A stretch of DNA of 64,000 bases from Candidatus Enterousia sp. (GTDB lineage: Bacteria > Pseudomonadota > Alphaproteobacteria > Rs-D84). The stretch spans positions 1,796 to 65,795 of the forward strand of contig JAZNBN010000020.1 in NCBI GenBank assembly GCA_045587125.1, read 5' to 3'. Positions 19,943 through 30,275 of this stretch are shown piece after piece; position 1 is the stretch's first letter; the number at the start of each line of letters is the position of its first letter. The notes below the pieces were generated by a model. It did not search any database. It saw only the letters and a list, made by a program, of their open reading frames with translations, and was not told where the DNA came from. The position numbers and the translations under genes are program-made.

Positions 19943-20590
19943 ATGAGTAAAGGTTGGGATAACGCAACGCTTAAAAAACTGAAAGCATTAACGTGCAAGG
20001 GGTTATCTACTTCTGAAATTGGTAAGCGTTTGGGGATGTCTAAAAACGCCATTGTTGGCAAACTGAATCGTCTGGGTTGGAATGCCAAGGCTGGTGGTGC
20101 CGCGGCGGCTGAGGTTAAAGATGTTGAAACAAAAAAGACAGCCACAGCAAAAAATACAAAGACAACCAAAGTGGTCAAGGTTGCAAAGTCTGTTAAGAAA
20201 ACAGCAACGTCAAAGGTTGCGGCAACTAAAAAAACTGTTAAGGCACCTAAGGTCGCTGCGACAAAGAAGGTAACAGAAAAGGCTGTTAAAACAACCAAGG
20301 GTGCAACAAAGACAAAAAGTGTAAAAGTGGCGACACCCAAGGGTGCGGATAAAAAGTCTGCTAAGGGAAAAGATGTAAAATCCAGTGCTAAAAATTTGGC
20401 GGTTCATCAACGTATTATTCAACATTCTTTGGAAATGGCGAATTTAAAACCGAATCAGTGCCGTTGGCCAATTGGGGATCCGGATTCTGAACATTTTCAT
20501 TTTTGTGGTGAAACGGTATTTGTTGGTAAACCTTATTGCTATGAACATTGTAAACAGGCGTATCAGTTTACCCCGCCAAAAAAGAAATAA
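19943..20590 (+). CDS. gcrA: GcrA cell-cycle regulator with Lys/Ala/Thr-rich linker
   Basis: W..GLSTSEIGKRLGMSKNAIVGKLNRLG; C-terminal CRWPIGDP..FHFCG..PYCYEH. Confidence 0.92.
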   Translation: MSKGWDNATLKKLKALTCKGLSTSEIGKRLGMSKNAIVGKLNRLGWNAKAGGAAAAEVKDVETKKTATAKNTKTTKVVKVAKSVKKTATSKVAATKKTVKAPKVAATKKVTEKAVKTTKGATKTKSVKVATPKGADKKSAKGKDVKSSAKNLAVHQRIIQHSLEMANLKPNQCRWPIGDPDSEHFHFCGETVFVGKPYCYEHCKQAYQFTPPKKK

Positions 20591-20609
20591 AAAAAGGGAC
20601 GCATAGCGT

Positions 20610-22859
20610 ATGCAAAACGAGAGAGAAAATATTTTTCAGCCACTGACCGCGATTGATTATGATATCGCAGGTAATTCTTTTCGGGCGTATTATGATTCGG
20701 ATAATAAACTGGTTTTTGTTATTGATTTCGTAACCAATGCCATTAAGCCTAATGTTTTGTTGGTTATAAATCCTGATGGTGACAGAAAGTGGGACGATAT
20801 TTTAATGAACGATTACGGGGTTGATTTAGAAACCGTTCGTCCAAAGCAAGACAATAAATATCAAAAGTTGGATATAGAGTATACCGGTTTGTCTGTTTAT
20901 GATAATTTAATTCAGGTCTATAATAATGGTGATGATATATCAGACGAAATTTCGTATTTAGATGCATTTCATCATGATGCGGCGTATCGTGCCGCCCAAG
21001 AACGCTTTGAAGCCGCAGAAATGACGGCGGACCGTACCCGTGAAACAATTGACAGAACGATGGGGGTTATTGCAGAGTTGCAGGCACGTTTAAAAGTTCT
21101 GCGTTCCAAATTGGCTTTGCAACGTAAATCTATTGGTAAAGAACCAACCAAGAAATCTGCGTCCAAGATTTTGCGTACTGAATCACAAATAGACGCAACA
21201 AATGAAAAACTGATGCGTGCAAAAAAACGTCTGACAAATGCAAAACGCAGGTTGGTCGTTGCCGAAGAGGATTCAGAGGTTGCACGTTCAATACTAAATA
21301 AATTAGGTGGTGTTTCAGAATTGCCTGCAAAACCGTTAAACACAGCGGTCGCGGTGAAACAAAACCCACCTGTCCCGGTAAAAAAACAAGATATCGAATA
21401 TACAGATACAACAATAGAGGCTGAAAAAATGGCTGATAATAACGAAGAAGTAAAACCTTTATTTGATACAGATCCTGAAATCATAGATGAAGATATTGCT
21501 TTTAAACCAATCGATTTTGGTTCAGGGTCAGATAGTAATGATGACGAATATCAAACAAATGTTCAAGTCGAAGAACAGCCCACGGTATCTTTTGAACCTA
21601 TCCCTGGGATTCCAGATGTGCCAAGTGCGGTTGAAACACCTGCGATTCAGCCTGTGGAATTTACACCACCGACCAGTTTTGAATCGTTTGAACCTTCTGA
21701 AAATACAGGAAATGAATATGGTATGCCTGGGGCATTTACCCCTGCCCCGATTGTGGAAGAAAATACTAATGAATATGAAACGTTGACTGGCTGGGGTGAT
21801 GACAATGCTGTCGTGCCAGATGTGAACACTTCATTTGGTAACACAGTAACATCGGAAACTTTGGCCGAAGAATTCCAAATGCCGATTACACCTGCACCGG
21901 TTGCCCCTGTGACACCTGTGGTTGATAATGAAAAAACTTTTTCAGAAATAGAACCTGCACCGGTGGATTCTGGTATGCGTCCCGTTTCCCCAATAACACC
22001 AGATGTTCCAGTTGCACCGTCTGATACAGATACGAATATAACAATTCAACGGTCCAGACCTTCGTTTGTTTACTATATTTTATTGATTTTATTGATTGGG
22101 TTGTCTGTATTTACTTTGTGGATGTATCAAAAATCTACAAATGGCAATTTGCCTGAATTGGGTGCGAAAACTCAGGTTGAAGAAACCATAACAGAACCTG
22201 TTGTGGCAGAACCAGAAGTACAGATTGTTGAACCTGTTGTGGCAGAACCTGTGGTTGTAGAACCGGAATACGTTGAACCAGAACCGGTTATAGAAGAACC
22301 AGTTGTGGAACCAGAACCCGTCATAGAAGAACCGGTCGTTGAACCAGAACCTGTTACAGAAGAACCAGTTGTGGAACCAGAACCAGAATTTGTGCCAGAT
22401 ACAACATCTGCATCTGTTATAAAGTCTTTGCGTTATACCGAAGAAGTGCCAGAACCTGTTGTTTTGGAAACGGAAGAAGAAATATTGGCTAAAAAGCCTG
22501 CGTATGGTGTTTCGCAAAACGAACAAATGTTTGTTTCAGAATATGAATCTGATGCAGATATGAATACAGAAATGGATTTTGTTGCATATGATACAGGTGT
22601 TATTACATATGATGAACCATCGGTTGTTACAACAACAACGTATGAATCAGAAGAAATTATTGCATACAATGAACCTGATGTTTATGCGGACGATGTTTTT
22701 GTAGAAGAAGTTGTAGAAGAAGATATTGAAATGTGTGCAGATGGCGGTTACCCAAGTCCAGAAGGTTGTTGTGCAGGGGAAGTTTATACGCATGTTGGAA
22801 ACGGCGAATATGTATGTTGTGTTCAATCAACAGGTGAATGTTTCCCGCCAATGCGTTAA
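20610..22859 (+). CDS. Hypothetical bitopic membrane protein (coiled coil, acidic Pro-rich linkers, Cys-rich C-terminal motif)
   Basis: Single TM FVYYILLILLIGLSVFTLWMY, EPEPVIEEPVV repeats, C-terminal C..CC..CC..C. Confidence 0.75.
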   Translation: MQNERENIFQPLTAIDYDIAGNSFRAYYDSDNKLVFVIDFVTNAIKPNVLLVINPDGDRKWDDILMNDYGVDLETVRPKQDNKYQKLDIEYTGLSVYDNLIQVYNNGDDISDEISYLDAFHHDAAYRAAQERFEAAEMTADRTRETIDRTMGVIAELQARLKVLRSKLALQRKSIGKEPTKKSASKILRTESQIDATNEKLMRAKKRLTNAKRRLVVAEEDSEVARSILNKLGGVSELPAKPLNTAVAVKQNPPVPVKKQDIEYTDTTIEAEKMADNNEEVKPLFDTDPEIIDEDIAFKPIDFGSGSDSNDDEYQTNVQVEEQPTVSFEPIPGIPDVPSAVETPAIQPVEFTPPTSFESFEPSENTGNEYGMPGAFTPAPIVEENTNEYETLTGWGDDNAVVPDVNTSFGNTVTSETLAEEFQMPITPAPVAPVTPVVDNEKTFSEIEPAPVDSGMRPVSPITPDVPVAPSDTDTNITIQRSRPSFVYYILLILLIGLSVFTLWMYQKSTNGNLPELGAKTQVEETITEPVVAEPEVQIVEPVVAEPVVVEPEYVEPEPVIEEPVVEPEPVIEEPVVEPEPVTEEPVVEPEPEFVPDTTSASVIKSLRYTEEVPEPVVLETEEEILAKKPAYGVSQNEQMFVSEYESDADMNTEMDFVAYDTGVITYDEPSVVTTTTYESEEIIAYNEPDVYADDVFVEEVVEEDIEMCADGGYPSPEGCCAGEVYTHVGNGEYVCCVQSTGECFPPMR

Positions 22860-22878
22860 AATAAATATGGCTTAGTAT

Positions 22879-25227
22879 ATGAGAGTGATATTAAGTTTTT
22901 TTGCTGTGTTGTTGTTCATGTCTTTTGATATGGGGGCGTATGCTGCCCTTAATGCATCGGGAAATAGCAGTTCACCTGCATGTGCGGGTAAAGATAAAGC
23001 GGTTACATTAACGGATCGTTGCCCCAGTGTTCCACAGTTGAAATTGCTTGGGAATCAATCTTTAAAAGATAACGAATTTTTATACGCTAGTTACAGTACA
23101 TACGAATCTTTGCAAAAAGAATATAATAAAAGACCTGCGGCGTGCAGAACATATTTTAGTACCAATCAAGCCAATGGTGTTTATGAGTGTGATAAAGATT
23201 ATTGTGGCAGATATACTGTATTGATAATGGATAAAAATCACGGTTTTAATGGAAAGACAGTGGCTGATAAACGTGCATATATATGTGATACTAATGTTGA
23301 TGATAGATGGATTCCATATTCACATAACATATCTGAATGCACAAAAGGTCAGATGGATACAAAGTCTTATACAAAAATCAAGGGACTGGACGGTTTACAA
23401 TACAGATATAAAAAAGATGCTACAAGAATTACTTCTATATGTCAGGTTCCTCAGGATAAATCAAATGTTCAACAAACAGGCGATAATACGGTATCTAAAA
23501 CCGGTACTCAGGGGGCGACACGTTCGGAAACAAAACCAGATGGTGAAACAACAGAAGATAAAACGCCCAAAAAAAATACGGTAGAGAAACCACAACCAGA
23601 ACAATCAACAAATAAAACACAACATGAAAATGTGGGTGATGAAAAAATTGGTCAGCCTTGTACGACAGAAAATGCAAAAAAGGCTGTTTGGCAAAAAATT
23701 GATAAAGAAATCAAATGTGTTGCCAAAGAATGTAATCAGGACAGATATTTGGTTGTGAATAGTAAAGGTGAATCTCAAGGGTACTGTATTGCGAATACTT
23801 GCAAGGCACCAAAAACATTAAATATTATTGACGGAACAAAAACTGATAAAAGGTGCGTTGACCCCGCTGCATCGGAAATTGCAGAAGAAACAATCGAAGA
23901 AGATGTTGAAGAAGAATTACCAACTGTGCCATTCAGACCAGATTTACAAATTAACCAGCCATGTGCACAAGGTTTTTTGACGATATTAAACGCAAAGACC
24001 GGTAAATATGCTAAGCATGCAGGTTCTGATGATATTTATTGTGATATAACAGAATGTAATGAAAATTTTGTGAAAGTATCACGAAATCAAGGTGAAACGT
24101 ATGATGATTATAATGGAGTGAATTTGTACGAAATATGTGAATGTCCTAGTGAAACTCATACTATAAATAATGAAGGTAAATGTGTTGCAAATACGAATGG
24201 TGTGCCTGCAACGGATAGAACACCTGCTGAAGCTAATGTTAGTATAACAGTACAAGGCACGATTAACGATAGCGCAGGTAATTGTCTTGCGAATGCAGAG
24301 ATTGTATTTCCAGATGGTGCATATATAAATCAAGAGGGTTGTAACTTTACTGTTGGATTACAAGAATCTGGCGAAATTACTTTTTCATTTGATGGTTATG
24401 AATCTGTATCCAAGAGTTATAGTGAAAGTGTATATAATGAAATAATTGTTTTGACAAAGTCTGCAACAGATGTTGCGGTTGATGAAGGTAACGAAGCAGT
24501 TGTGCCAGATGAAGGTTTAGAAGAACAGGATAAAGAACCAATTGATAAAGAAGACGATAAAATCCAAGAATTACGTGATAAAGCTGATGCGGCACATGAA
24601 CGCGAAAATTCAATGGCGAATAAAATGTTGGGTGCGGCCGGTATCGGTGCGACCGGTATTGGTGGAATGATGCTGATGCAGGGATTGTCTGAACAAAAGG
24701 CGGATAACAATGCCCAGGAACAAATGCGCGCATATTTGTCCACATTTATGTGCAGATTTGGTGATGGCCGTGCCACGGGCGGTGAATCTGATATTGAATT
24801 GCCGGGTGCAAACGCATTATTACCACTTTATGCCGAATATGTAACATTGGCAAATGAAACCAAGGCTATGAAGACAGAACTGGATTTAAAACCAGGTATA
24901 GAATCTGAAAGTATCTTGGATAACGCAACATCTGGTTTGTATGATGATGAAAATACTGGCAAAACATCTGGTGCATTTGCTTCATTGGCACGTGCATTAC
25001 AAAACCCAGATGGCGAAGATGCGAAAAAATGGGCCGAACAAACTGAAAAAGCATCTAAGAACATAAAAACAGGTGCGATTACTGCGGGTGCCGGTGCGGT
25101 TGGCGGATTGGTTGGTCATATTACTGAAAGTGCGGTTTATAAAAAGAAGGCTGAAAAAGGTAATGAAGATTCAGACGATGAATCTGAAGATAAAAAATAT
25201 AAACCTAAAAAACGTGGAAGAAGTTAA
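22879..25227 (+). CDS. Large secreted Cys-rich modular protein with C-terminal glycine-zipper helices
   Basis: Signal peptide, Cys modules, carboxypeptidase-regulatory-like segment (VQGTINDSAG..ITFSFDGYES), NKMLGAAGIGATGIGGMMLMQG. Confidence 0.75.
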   Translation: MRVILSFFAVLLFMSFDMGAYAALNASGNSSSPACAGKDKAVTLTDRCPSVPQLKLLGNQSLKDNEFLYASYSTYESLQKEYNKRPAACRTYFSTNQANGVYECDKDYCGRYTVLIMDKNHGFNGKTVADKRAYICDTNVDDRWIPYSHNISECTKGQMDTKSYTKIKGLDGLQYRYKKDATRITSICQVPQDKSNVQQTGDNTVSKTGTQGATRSETKPDGETTEDKTPKKNTVEKPQPEQSTNKTQHENVGDEKIGQPCTTENAKKAVWQKIDKEIKCVAKECNQDRYLVVNSKGESQGYCIANTCKAPKTLNIIDGTKTDKRCVDPAASEIAEETIEEDVEEELPTVPFRPDLQINQPCAQGFLTILNAKTGKYAKHAGSDDIYCDITECNENFVKVSRNQGETYDDYNGVNLYEICECPSETHTINNEGKCVANTNGVPATDRTPAEANVSITVQGTINDSAGNCLANAEIVFPDGAYINQEGCNFTVGLQESGEITFSFDGYESVSKSYSESVYNEIIVLTKSATDVAVDEGNEAVVPDEGLEEQDKEPIDKEDDKIQELRDKADAAHERENSMANKMLGAAGIGATGIGGMMLMQGLSEQKADNNAQEQMRAYLSTFMCRFGDGRATGGESDIELPGANALLPLYAEYVTLANETKAMKTELDLKPGIESESILDNATSGLYDDENTGKTSGAFASLARALQNPDGEDAKKWAEQTEKASKNIKTGAITAGAGAVGGLVGHITESAVYKKKAEKGNEDSDDESEDKKYKPKKRGRS

Positions 25228-25264
25228 TACGTTTATTAAATCCCCATATGTTGGGGATTATTTT

Positions 25265-26260
25265 TTAACGCATACGGGTTATTTTTGCAATTTGTATTTG
25301 CGCTTGAATACGTTCAAAATCGTGGGCTTGTTTTGCCTTTTGTTGTAGTTGTTTTTGTGTTTCATGTATTGTTTTAAGTGTTCCAATATATTTATTTGTA
25401 TGTTTTACACGTTGATTAAAATGTTCCTGATTTAATCGCTGGAATTCGGCAAAGGTTTCAGCCGTTGATAATTCTTTGTTTTGTGTATTTAATAGTTGTT
25501 TATGTTGAATATTATATGTTTGTTCAAGTACATCGACTCTGTTATTTATTTGTGTAATTTCGTTTGATAAGTTTTCTTGGATTTTTTTGCGTTTTTCGCA
25601 TGCGGTGGCGACCATATTAAAATTGGTTGCCAATTTATATTCGTACAACATATCCAAAGAACCTGATGTATGTTCGGGTGATGTGTTGTTTTGCATGGTG
25701 CATATTGTACATATTGAAATCAGTTTTAATATTTCATTGTATATTGATTCCAGTGCGACAATTCTTTTGTTTGTTGATGTGTTCGTTTTATTAAACAAAG
25801 AATTATTTTGTTGGACTGATTGGATTGTTCGCGTAATAGTATCAATTTGATGGGCAAATTGTTGTGATTTTTTGCGTGCCGGTTTAATTATACGCATATA
25901 TGTATTTGGATGACGAAATTGTCTTGATTTTTTATCTATTACACCGTGCAAATATTTGGGGATTTTTTTATATTCTGAATCGTCTGGTGTAATTGTGTAC
26001 AGTGGTGCATATACTTCGTTTATATATGTTGTTTCATTATAAGATTGATGGCATGTGTCTGTGTAATATAACAAAAAAGTCAAAAACAGATTTAATATAT
26101 TGATAAATTGGTCGTATTCAGAAATTTTTTTTCTATTTTTTAAGTATGGTGAATTAGTCAGAACACGGAAATCCAATTGTGTATCTGCATCCATGTTGGC
26201 GGTCATGTTTGCCAACATGTTTTGTATATTAAAATAATCGTATATTTTATTGTGTTTCAT
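25265..26260 (-). CDS. Hypothetical protein (orphan, C-terminal coiled coil)
   Basis: 331-aa ORF, AT-rich, own TTGACA-17-TAATAT promoter-like sequence upstream, terminator downstream. Confidence 0.65.
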   Translation of the reverse strand: MKHNKIYDYFNIQNMLANMTANMDADTQLDFRVLTNSPYLKNRKKISEYDQFINILNLFLTFLLYYTDTCHQSYNETTYINEVYAPLYTITPDDSEYKKIPKYLHGVIDKKSRQFRHPNTYMRIIKPARKKSQQFAHQIDTITRTIQSVQQNNSLFNKTNTSTNKRIVALESIYNEILKLISICTICTMQNNTSPEHTSGSLDMLYEYKLATNFNMVATACEKRKKIQENLSNEITQINNRVDVLEQTYNIQHKQLLNTQNKELSTAETFAEFQRLNQEHFNQRVKHTNKYIGTLKTIHETQKQLQQKAKQAHDFERIQAQIQIAKITRMR

Positions 26261-26351
26261 ATCGAGTTAATATATTAGTACAAAAACATACAAATGTCAA
26301 ACTGTGTAAAAAAAACGCCCAGAAATGGGCGTATTTATTTTTTTTGTATAA

Positions 26352-27659
26352 TTATCTGACAGATGCCTGTTTAAACAAATCGTCTGCAGATACTTTCTTT
26401 TCTTTTGTTTTTACGTGGGTCAACATTGCATCCAAAGCCTTGCGTTCAAACAGCATTCCACGTAACATTGCCAACGCATTTTGATTCTTGTTATAGAATT
26501 CAAATACTTGTTTTGGATCTGGGTATCTTGACGCTTCGGCCCAGATGGCGTGTTGCATGTCATCACGTGTGATTTCTACTTTGTTTTGTGTGCCCCACTC
26601 TGCCAATATCAGACCTAATTTTACGCGACGTTCTGCTTCTTTGCGTTCTTGTTTTTCGTCCCATTTGTGTTCGCATTTTGCATCATGGCAATGTGCATGT
26701 GAACGGTCAAATTCTGCCTTGGCCATTTCCAGTTCCTGGGCAACCAATGATTCTGGCAAATCTAATTTGACTTTATCGGTCAATACATCCAACAATTCAT
26801 TACGCATATCACGTTGTGCTGCATCTGCGTATTGTTCATTCAAGATGTTGCGAATGTGTTGTTTTAATGCCTCGACTGATTCTTGACCAACTGTTTTTGC
26901 CAATTCATCGTTTAATTCTGGCAAAATATGTTTACGAATTTCGTGGATTTCAACAGCAAAACGTGCATCTTTGCCAGCCAAGTTTTCTGCATGATATTCA
27001 GATGGGAATTTTACGTTTACATCAAATTTATCACCAACCTTGTGTCCGATGATTTGGTCTTCAAAACCTGGGATAAATGCCCCAGAACCCAAAATCAGAT
27101 GATGTTTTTTTGCTTCGCCGCCTTCAAATGCTTCGTCACCAACAAAGCCTTTGAAGTCAATAACCGCTACGTCCCCATTGGCGGCCTTGTACTTTGCGTC
27201 CTGTTTTTCAGCAGTGCTGCGGCTTTTACGGATGTTTTCCAATGCAGTATCAACTTCTTTTTCGTCCAGTTCAGCAACTTTTTTAGTAACTGTGATTTTT
27301 TCTAAATCAATTGCAGGCAATGTTGGCAAAATATCAAATTCCAATGAATATTCCGCATCTTTGCCAATTTCCCAACCTGCCAAGTCAGCTTTTGGGGCGC
27401 CCGCCAGACGGATTTTTTTATCAGCAATATAGTTATTCAAATCTTGGTTCATTAATTTATCAATTGCTTCGCCATATGCAGATACATTGTATTTTTGACG
27501 CAAAATGGATAATGGAATTTTTCCAGTACGAAAACCAGGCATTTTTGCCTTTTTGCCGTATTCTAATAATATTTCATCGGCCGCTGCCTGTAAATCAGAT
27601 GCAGGGATTGTGCCGGTTACTGAATAATGTAAATCTTTGATTTTTTCTTTTGTGAACAT
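26352..27659 (-). CDS. tig: Trigger factor
   Basis: MPGFRTGKIP ribosome-binding motif, FKBP domain IDFKG..GSGAFIPGFEDQIIG. Confidence 0.96.
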   Translation of the reverse strand: MFTKEKIKDLHYSVTGTIPASDLQAAADEILLEYGKKAKMPGFRTGKIPLSILRQKYNVSAYGEAIDKLMNQDLNNYIADKKIRLAGAPKADLAGWEIGKDAEYSLEFDILPTLPAIDLEKITVTKKVAELDEKEVDTALENIRKSRSTAEKQDAKYKAANGDVAVIDFKGFVGDEAFEGGEAKKHHLILGSGAFIPGFEDQIIGHKVGDKFDVNVKFPSEYHAENLAGKDARFAVEIHEIRKHILPELNDELAKTVGQESVEALKQHIRNILNEQYADAAQRDMRNELLDVLTDKVKLDLPESLVAQELEMAKAEFDRSHAHCHDAKCEHKWDEKQERKEAERRVKLGLILAEWGTQNKVEITRDDMQHAIWAEASRYPDPKQVFEFYNKNQNALAMLRGMLFERKALDAMLTHVKTKEKKVSADDLFKQASVR

Positions 27660-27726
27660 AGTTTCTTTCCTATTGTGTTTTTTAGATTTGCCCGATGATT
27701 ATACAACGTTTTATAATGAAAGCAAT

Positions 27727-27913
27727 AATAAAAAATCCCCATCGTGGGGATTTTTTTTGTTTTCCAAACGATATTAACGTTTGGAAATTCCGTTTCCGTG
27801 CGTACCGCACGCCCGGAATGACAAATTGCACCGTTATTATGATAACGTTGCAATAAAAAATCGCCCCAAAAGGACGATTTTTTCGTTTCCCAAACGATAT
27901 TAACGTTTGGAAA
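27727..27913 (-). repeat. Duplicated rpsI 3' end plus terminator (126-bp period) with hairpin-rich spacer
   Basis: gttt(t/c)ccaaacgatattaacgtttggaaa at 27759-27787 and 27885-27913, each followed on the minus strand by an A-tract/hairpin/T-tract terminator. Confidence 0.8.
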
Positions 27914-28385
27914 ACTGTGTGGAACGACGAGCCTTGCGGTAACCATAGTGTTTACGTTCAACAACACGGCTATCGCGTGTCAAGAAGCCTGCGGACTTCA
28001 ATACAGCACGCAATTCTGGTTCAATTCTTTCCAATGCTTTGGAAATACCGTGTTTAACGGCACCCGCCTGACCTGACAAACCGCCGCCTTCTACCATGGC
28101 GATGATGTCGTATGCAGTTTCACGTTTTGTAACGGCAAATGGTTGTGCGATAATCATTTGTAATACAGCACGACGGAAGTATTCAGATGATGATTTGCCA
28201 TTTACAGTGATGTTGCCTTTGCCAGGAACCAAGTATACGCGTGCAACGGAATCTTTACGTTTACCAGTTGCGTATGTTGCGTTTGCCAATTTTGGTGTTG
28301 CAACAGTGGCTGCCTTGGCGGTTGTTTTTTTTGCAGGGGCAGCTTTTTTAACTGTCTTTGTTGTTGTTTTTTTTGCTTCTGCCAT
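27900..28385 (-). CDS. rpsI: 30S ribosomal protein S9
   Basis: [34 protein letters not shown]; Lys/Ala-rich N-terminal extension. Confidence 0.98.
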   Translation of the reverse strand: MAEAKKTTTKTVKKAAPAKKTTAKAATVATPKLANATYATGKRKDSVARVYLVPGKGNITVNGKSSSEYFRRAVLQMIIAQPFAVTKRETAYDIIAMVEGGGLSGQAGAVKHGISKALERIEPELRAVLKSAGFLTRDSRVVERKHYGYRKARRSTQFSKR

Positions 28386-28388
28386 GAT

Positions 28389-28859
28389 TTAGCCCCTTTT
28401 GTTCTTGCGGTTCAAGCCTGCGAAATCAATAACTTCTGGTTTCTGGGCTTCGTGTTTATGTTCGCTGCCTGCGTAAACGTGCAGTTTTGTCAGACGTTGG
28501 TTTGCCAATGCAACCGCTGTGCGACGACCCATCATACGTTTAACAGCATTAAATACCAATTTTTCTGGTTTTTCGTCACGCATTTGACCCAATGTGCGTG
28601 ATTTTAAAGAACCTGTCCACAAAGAATGCCAAAAGAAATGGTCTTTTTCTGCTTTGTGACCAGACAATGCAACCTTGTCAGCATTGATGATGATTACATG
28701 ATCACCGCAATCCATGTTTGGTGTCCATGTTGGTTTGTGTTTCCCACGCAAGATGTTTGCAGTATATGCCGCCAAACGTCCCAGCGTGCAATCAGTTGCG
28801 TCAATCAGATACCATTTGGCATCCAATTCGCATTTTTTTAACGATTTTGTCGCTGCCAT
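28389..28859 (-). CDS. rplM: 50S ribosomal protein L13
   Basis: WYLIDA..LGRLA..LRGKHKPTWTPNMDCGD, HKHEAQKP. Confidence 0.98.
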   Translation of the reverse strand: MAATKSLKKCELDAKWYLIDATDCTLGRLAAYTANILRGKHKPTWTPNMDCGDHVIIINADKVALSGHKAEKDHFFWHSLWTGSLKSRTLGQMRDEKPEKLVFNAVKRMMGRRTAVALANQRLTKLHVYAGSEHKHEAQKPEVIDFAGLNRKNKRG

Positions 28860-28994
28860 TTTATTTTACCCTTGGTTTTATAAATTAAAGCGACGTTATT
28901 ATTACGCAAACCCGCATAAAAGTCAAGAAAAAACAATACGGTATTATTGTACCATAGATGATAGAATAAAAAATCCCCTTGGGTGGGGATTTTT

Positions 28995-30275
28995 TTATAT
29001 CGGCAAAACAACCCTGACCTTTAAACCGCCCATATCGCTGTCTTCCAAGAATATTTGACCACCGTGGTTTTCAATCAGCGTTTGTGCAATAGATAATCCA
29101 AGACCTGTACCGCCTGTATCCGTGCCACGTGCATCGTCCAAACGTACAAATGGTCGCATTGCGTCTTTTTTGCGTTCATCTGGAATACCAGGGCCATCAT
29201 CTTCTATGATGATTTCAATCTGTTCAGATGTGTCATTTTCGGTTATTTTGATTTTCTTTTTGGCGTATCTGGCGGCGTTTTCAATTATATTACTGAATGC
29301 ACGTGCCAATGCCATTGGACGGGCGTAAAACTGTTTTGGGGTGTCCGGAAAGTTTGTTTCTATTTTTTTATCAGGTGCTGCATCACGTGCAATCCGTATC
29401 AACATAGGGGGTAATTCTGTGGCCTGCTCTATTTCTGGGGCTTCGCCACGTGCAAATGCCAGATATCCATTAATCATTTCTGTCATTCTGTCGATATCAT
29501 GTATTAAATCTGTGTTATTTGCAGTATCTGTTTCAATGGCCAACCGCATGCGGGTCAGTGGTGCTTTCAGGTCATGACTGACCGCGTTCAGCATATCTGT
29601 ACGTGTGCGATTATATCTGTCCAGACGTTCCTTCATTGTTATCATAGAGTTTGCAGCCTCACGGATTTCTTTGGATCCAGTTGGAACAAAACCAGGGGCA
29701 TCTAATCCGCGACCAAAACGACTGGCTGCACGTGCAATGCGACGAATACTGCGGGTGTGCATTATAATAAAAGGACTGATTAATATGGACACAAGTAAAA
29801 ATGAACCAATCAGCCAGATTAAGAATACTTCTGTACTGGTTGAATAAATTCTGTATAAAGATGTGCCAAATGTCGCGATTTTGTTATCTTTTGTTGGAAC
29901 ATCAATAAATACCAAACGTTTACCACGGTCCATGTAAATTTTTGCCGGTCTTTGCAGGCGTTTTGACAATTCATGTGCCAATTTCCCGGTTTCACGTGCA
30001 TGGTTGTCGTTATGTTTAGGTCTGTTTAATTCATTATTTATGCTGAAATTTACCTTGATTCCATCTGCGATTTGTTTCGCAGCATCTGTTTTGCCGGAAT
30101 CTATGAAATTGGTCATAGTTGTTATTTCGCCCGCCAATGTACGTGCCAAAGTATCATGTACGCGCGACCAGTGATTTCCAAAAAAAGCATTTGCAACAAT
30201 CACCTGGGTAATAACCAGTGGAATTAAAATCATTAAAATTGTTCGCCATAAAAAACTGCGTGGTATCAATCTCAT
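28995..30275 (-). CDS. EnvZ-like sensor histidine kinase
   Basis: Two TMs, HAMP, AVSHDLKAPLTR H-box, NIIENA, DDGPGI, GTGLGL. Confidence 0.92.
   Translation of the reverse strand: MRLIPRSFLWRTILMILIPLVITQVIVANAFFGNHWSRVHDTLARTLAGEITTMTNFIDSGKTDAAKQIADGIKVNFSINNELNRPKHNDNHARETGKLAHELSKRLQRPAKIYMDRGKRLVFIDVPTKDNKIATFGTSLYRIYSTSTEVFLIWLIGSFLLVSILISPFIIMHTRSIRRIARAASRFGRGLDAPGFVPTGSKEIREAANSMITMKERLDRYNRTRTDMLNAVSHDLKAPLTRMRLAIETDTANNTDLIHDIDRMTEMINGYLAFARGEAPEIEQATELPPMLIRIARDAAPDKKIETNFPDTPKQFYARPMALARAFSNIIENAARYAKKKIKITENDTSEQIEIIIEDDGPGIPDERKKDAMRPFVRLDDARGTDTGGTGLGLSIAQTLIENHGGQIFLEDSDMGGLKVRVVLPI

Noticed and set aside
22190-22390. Repeated gaacc(a/t)g..gtgg motifs
   Set aside because: They encode a low-complexity EPEPVIEEPVV linker and are not a DNA-level element.
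27617-27967. 116-aa ORF with an internal FPNVNIVW repeat
   Set aside because: An artefact of the rpsI 3'-end duplication; it crosses two terminators and overlaps rpsI and tig.
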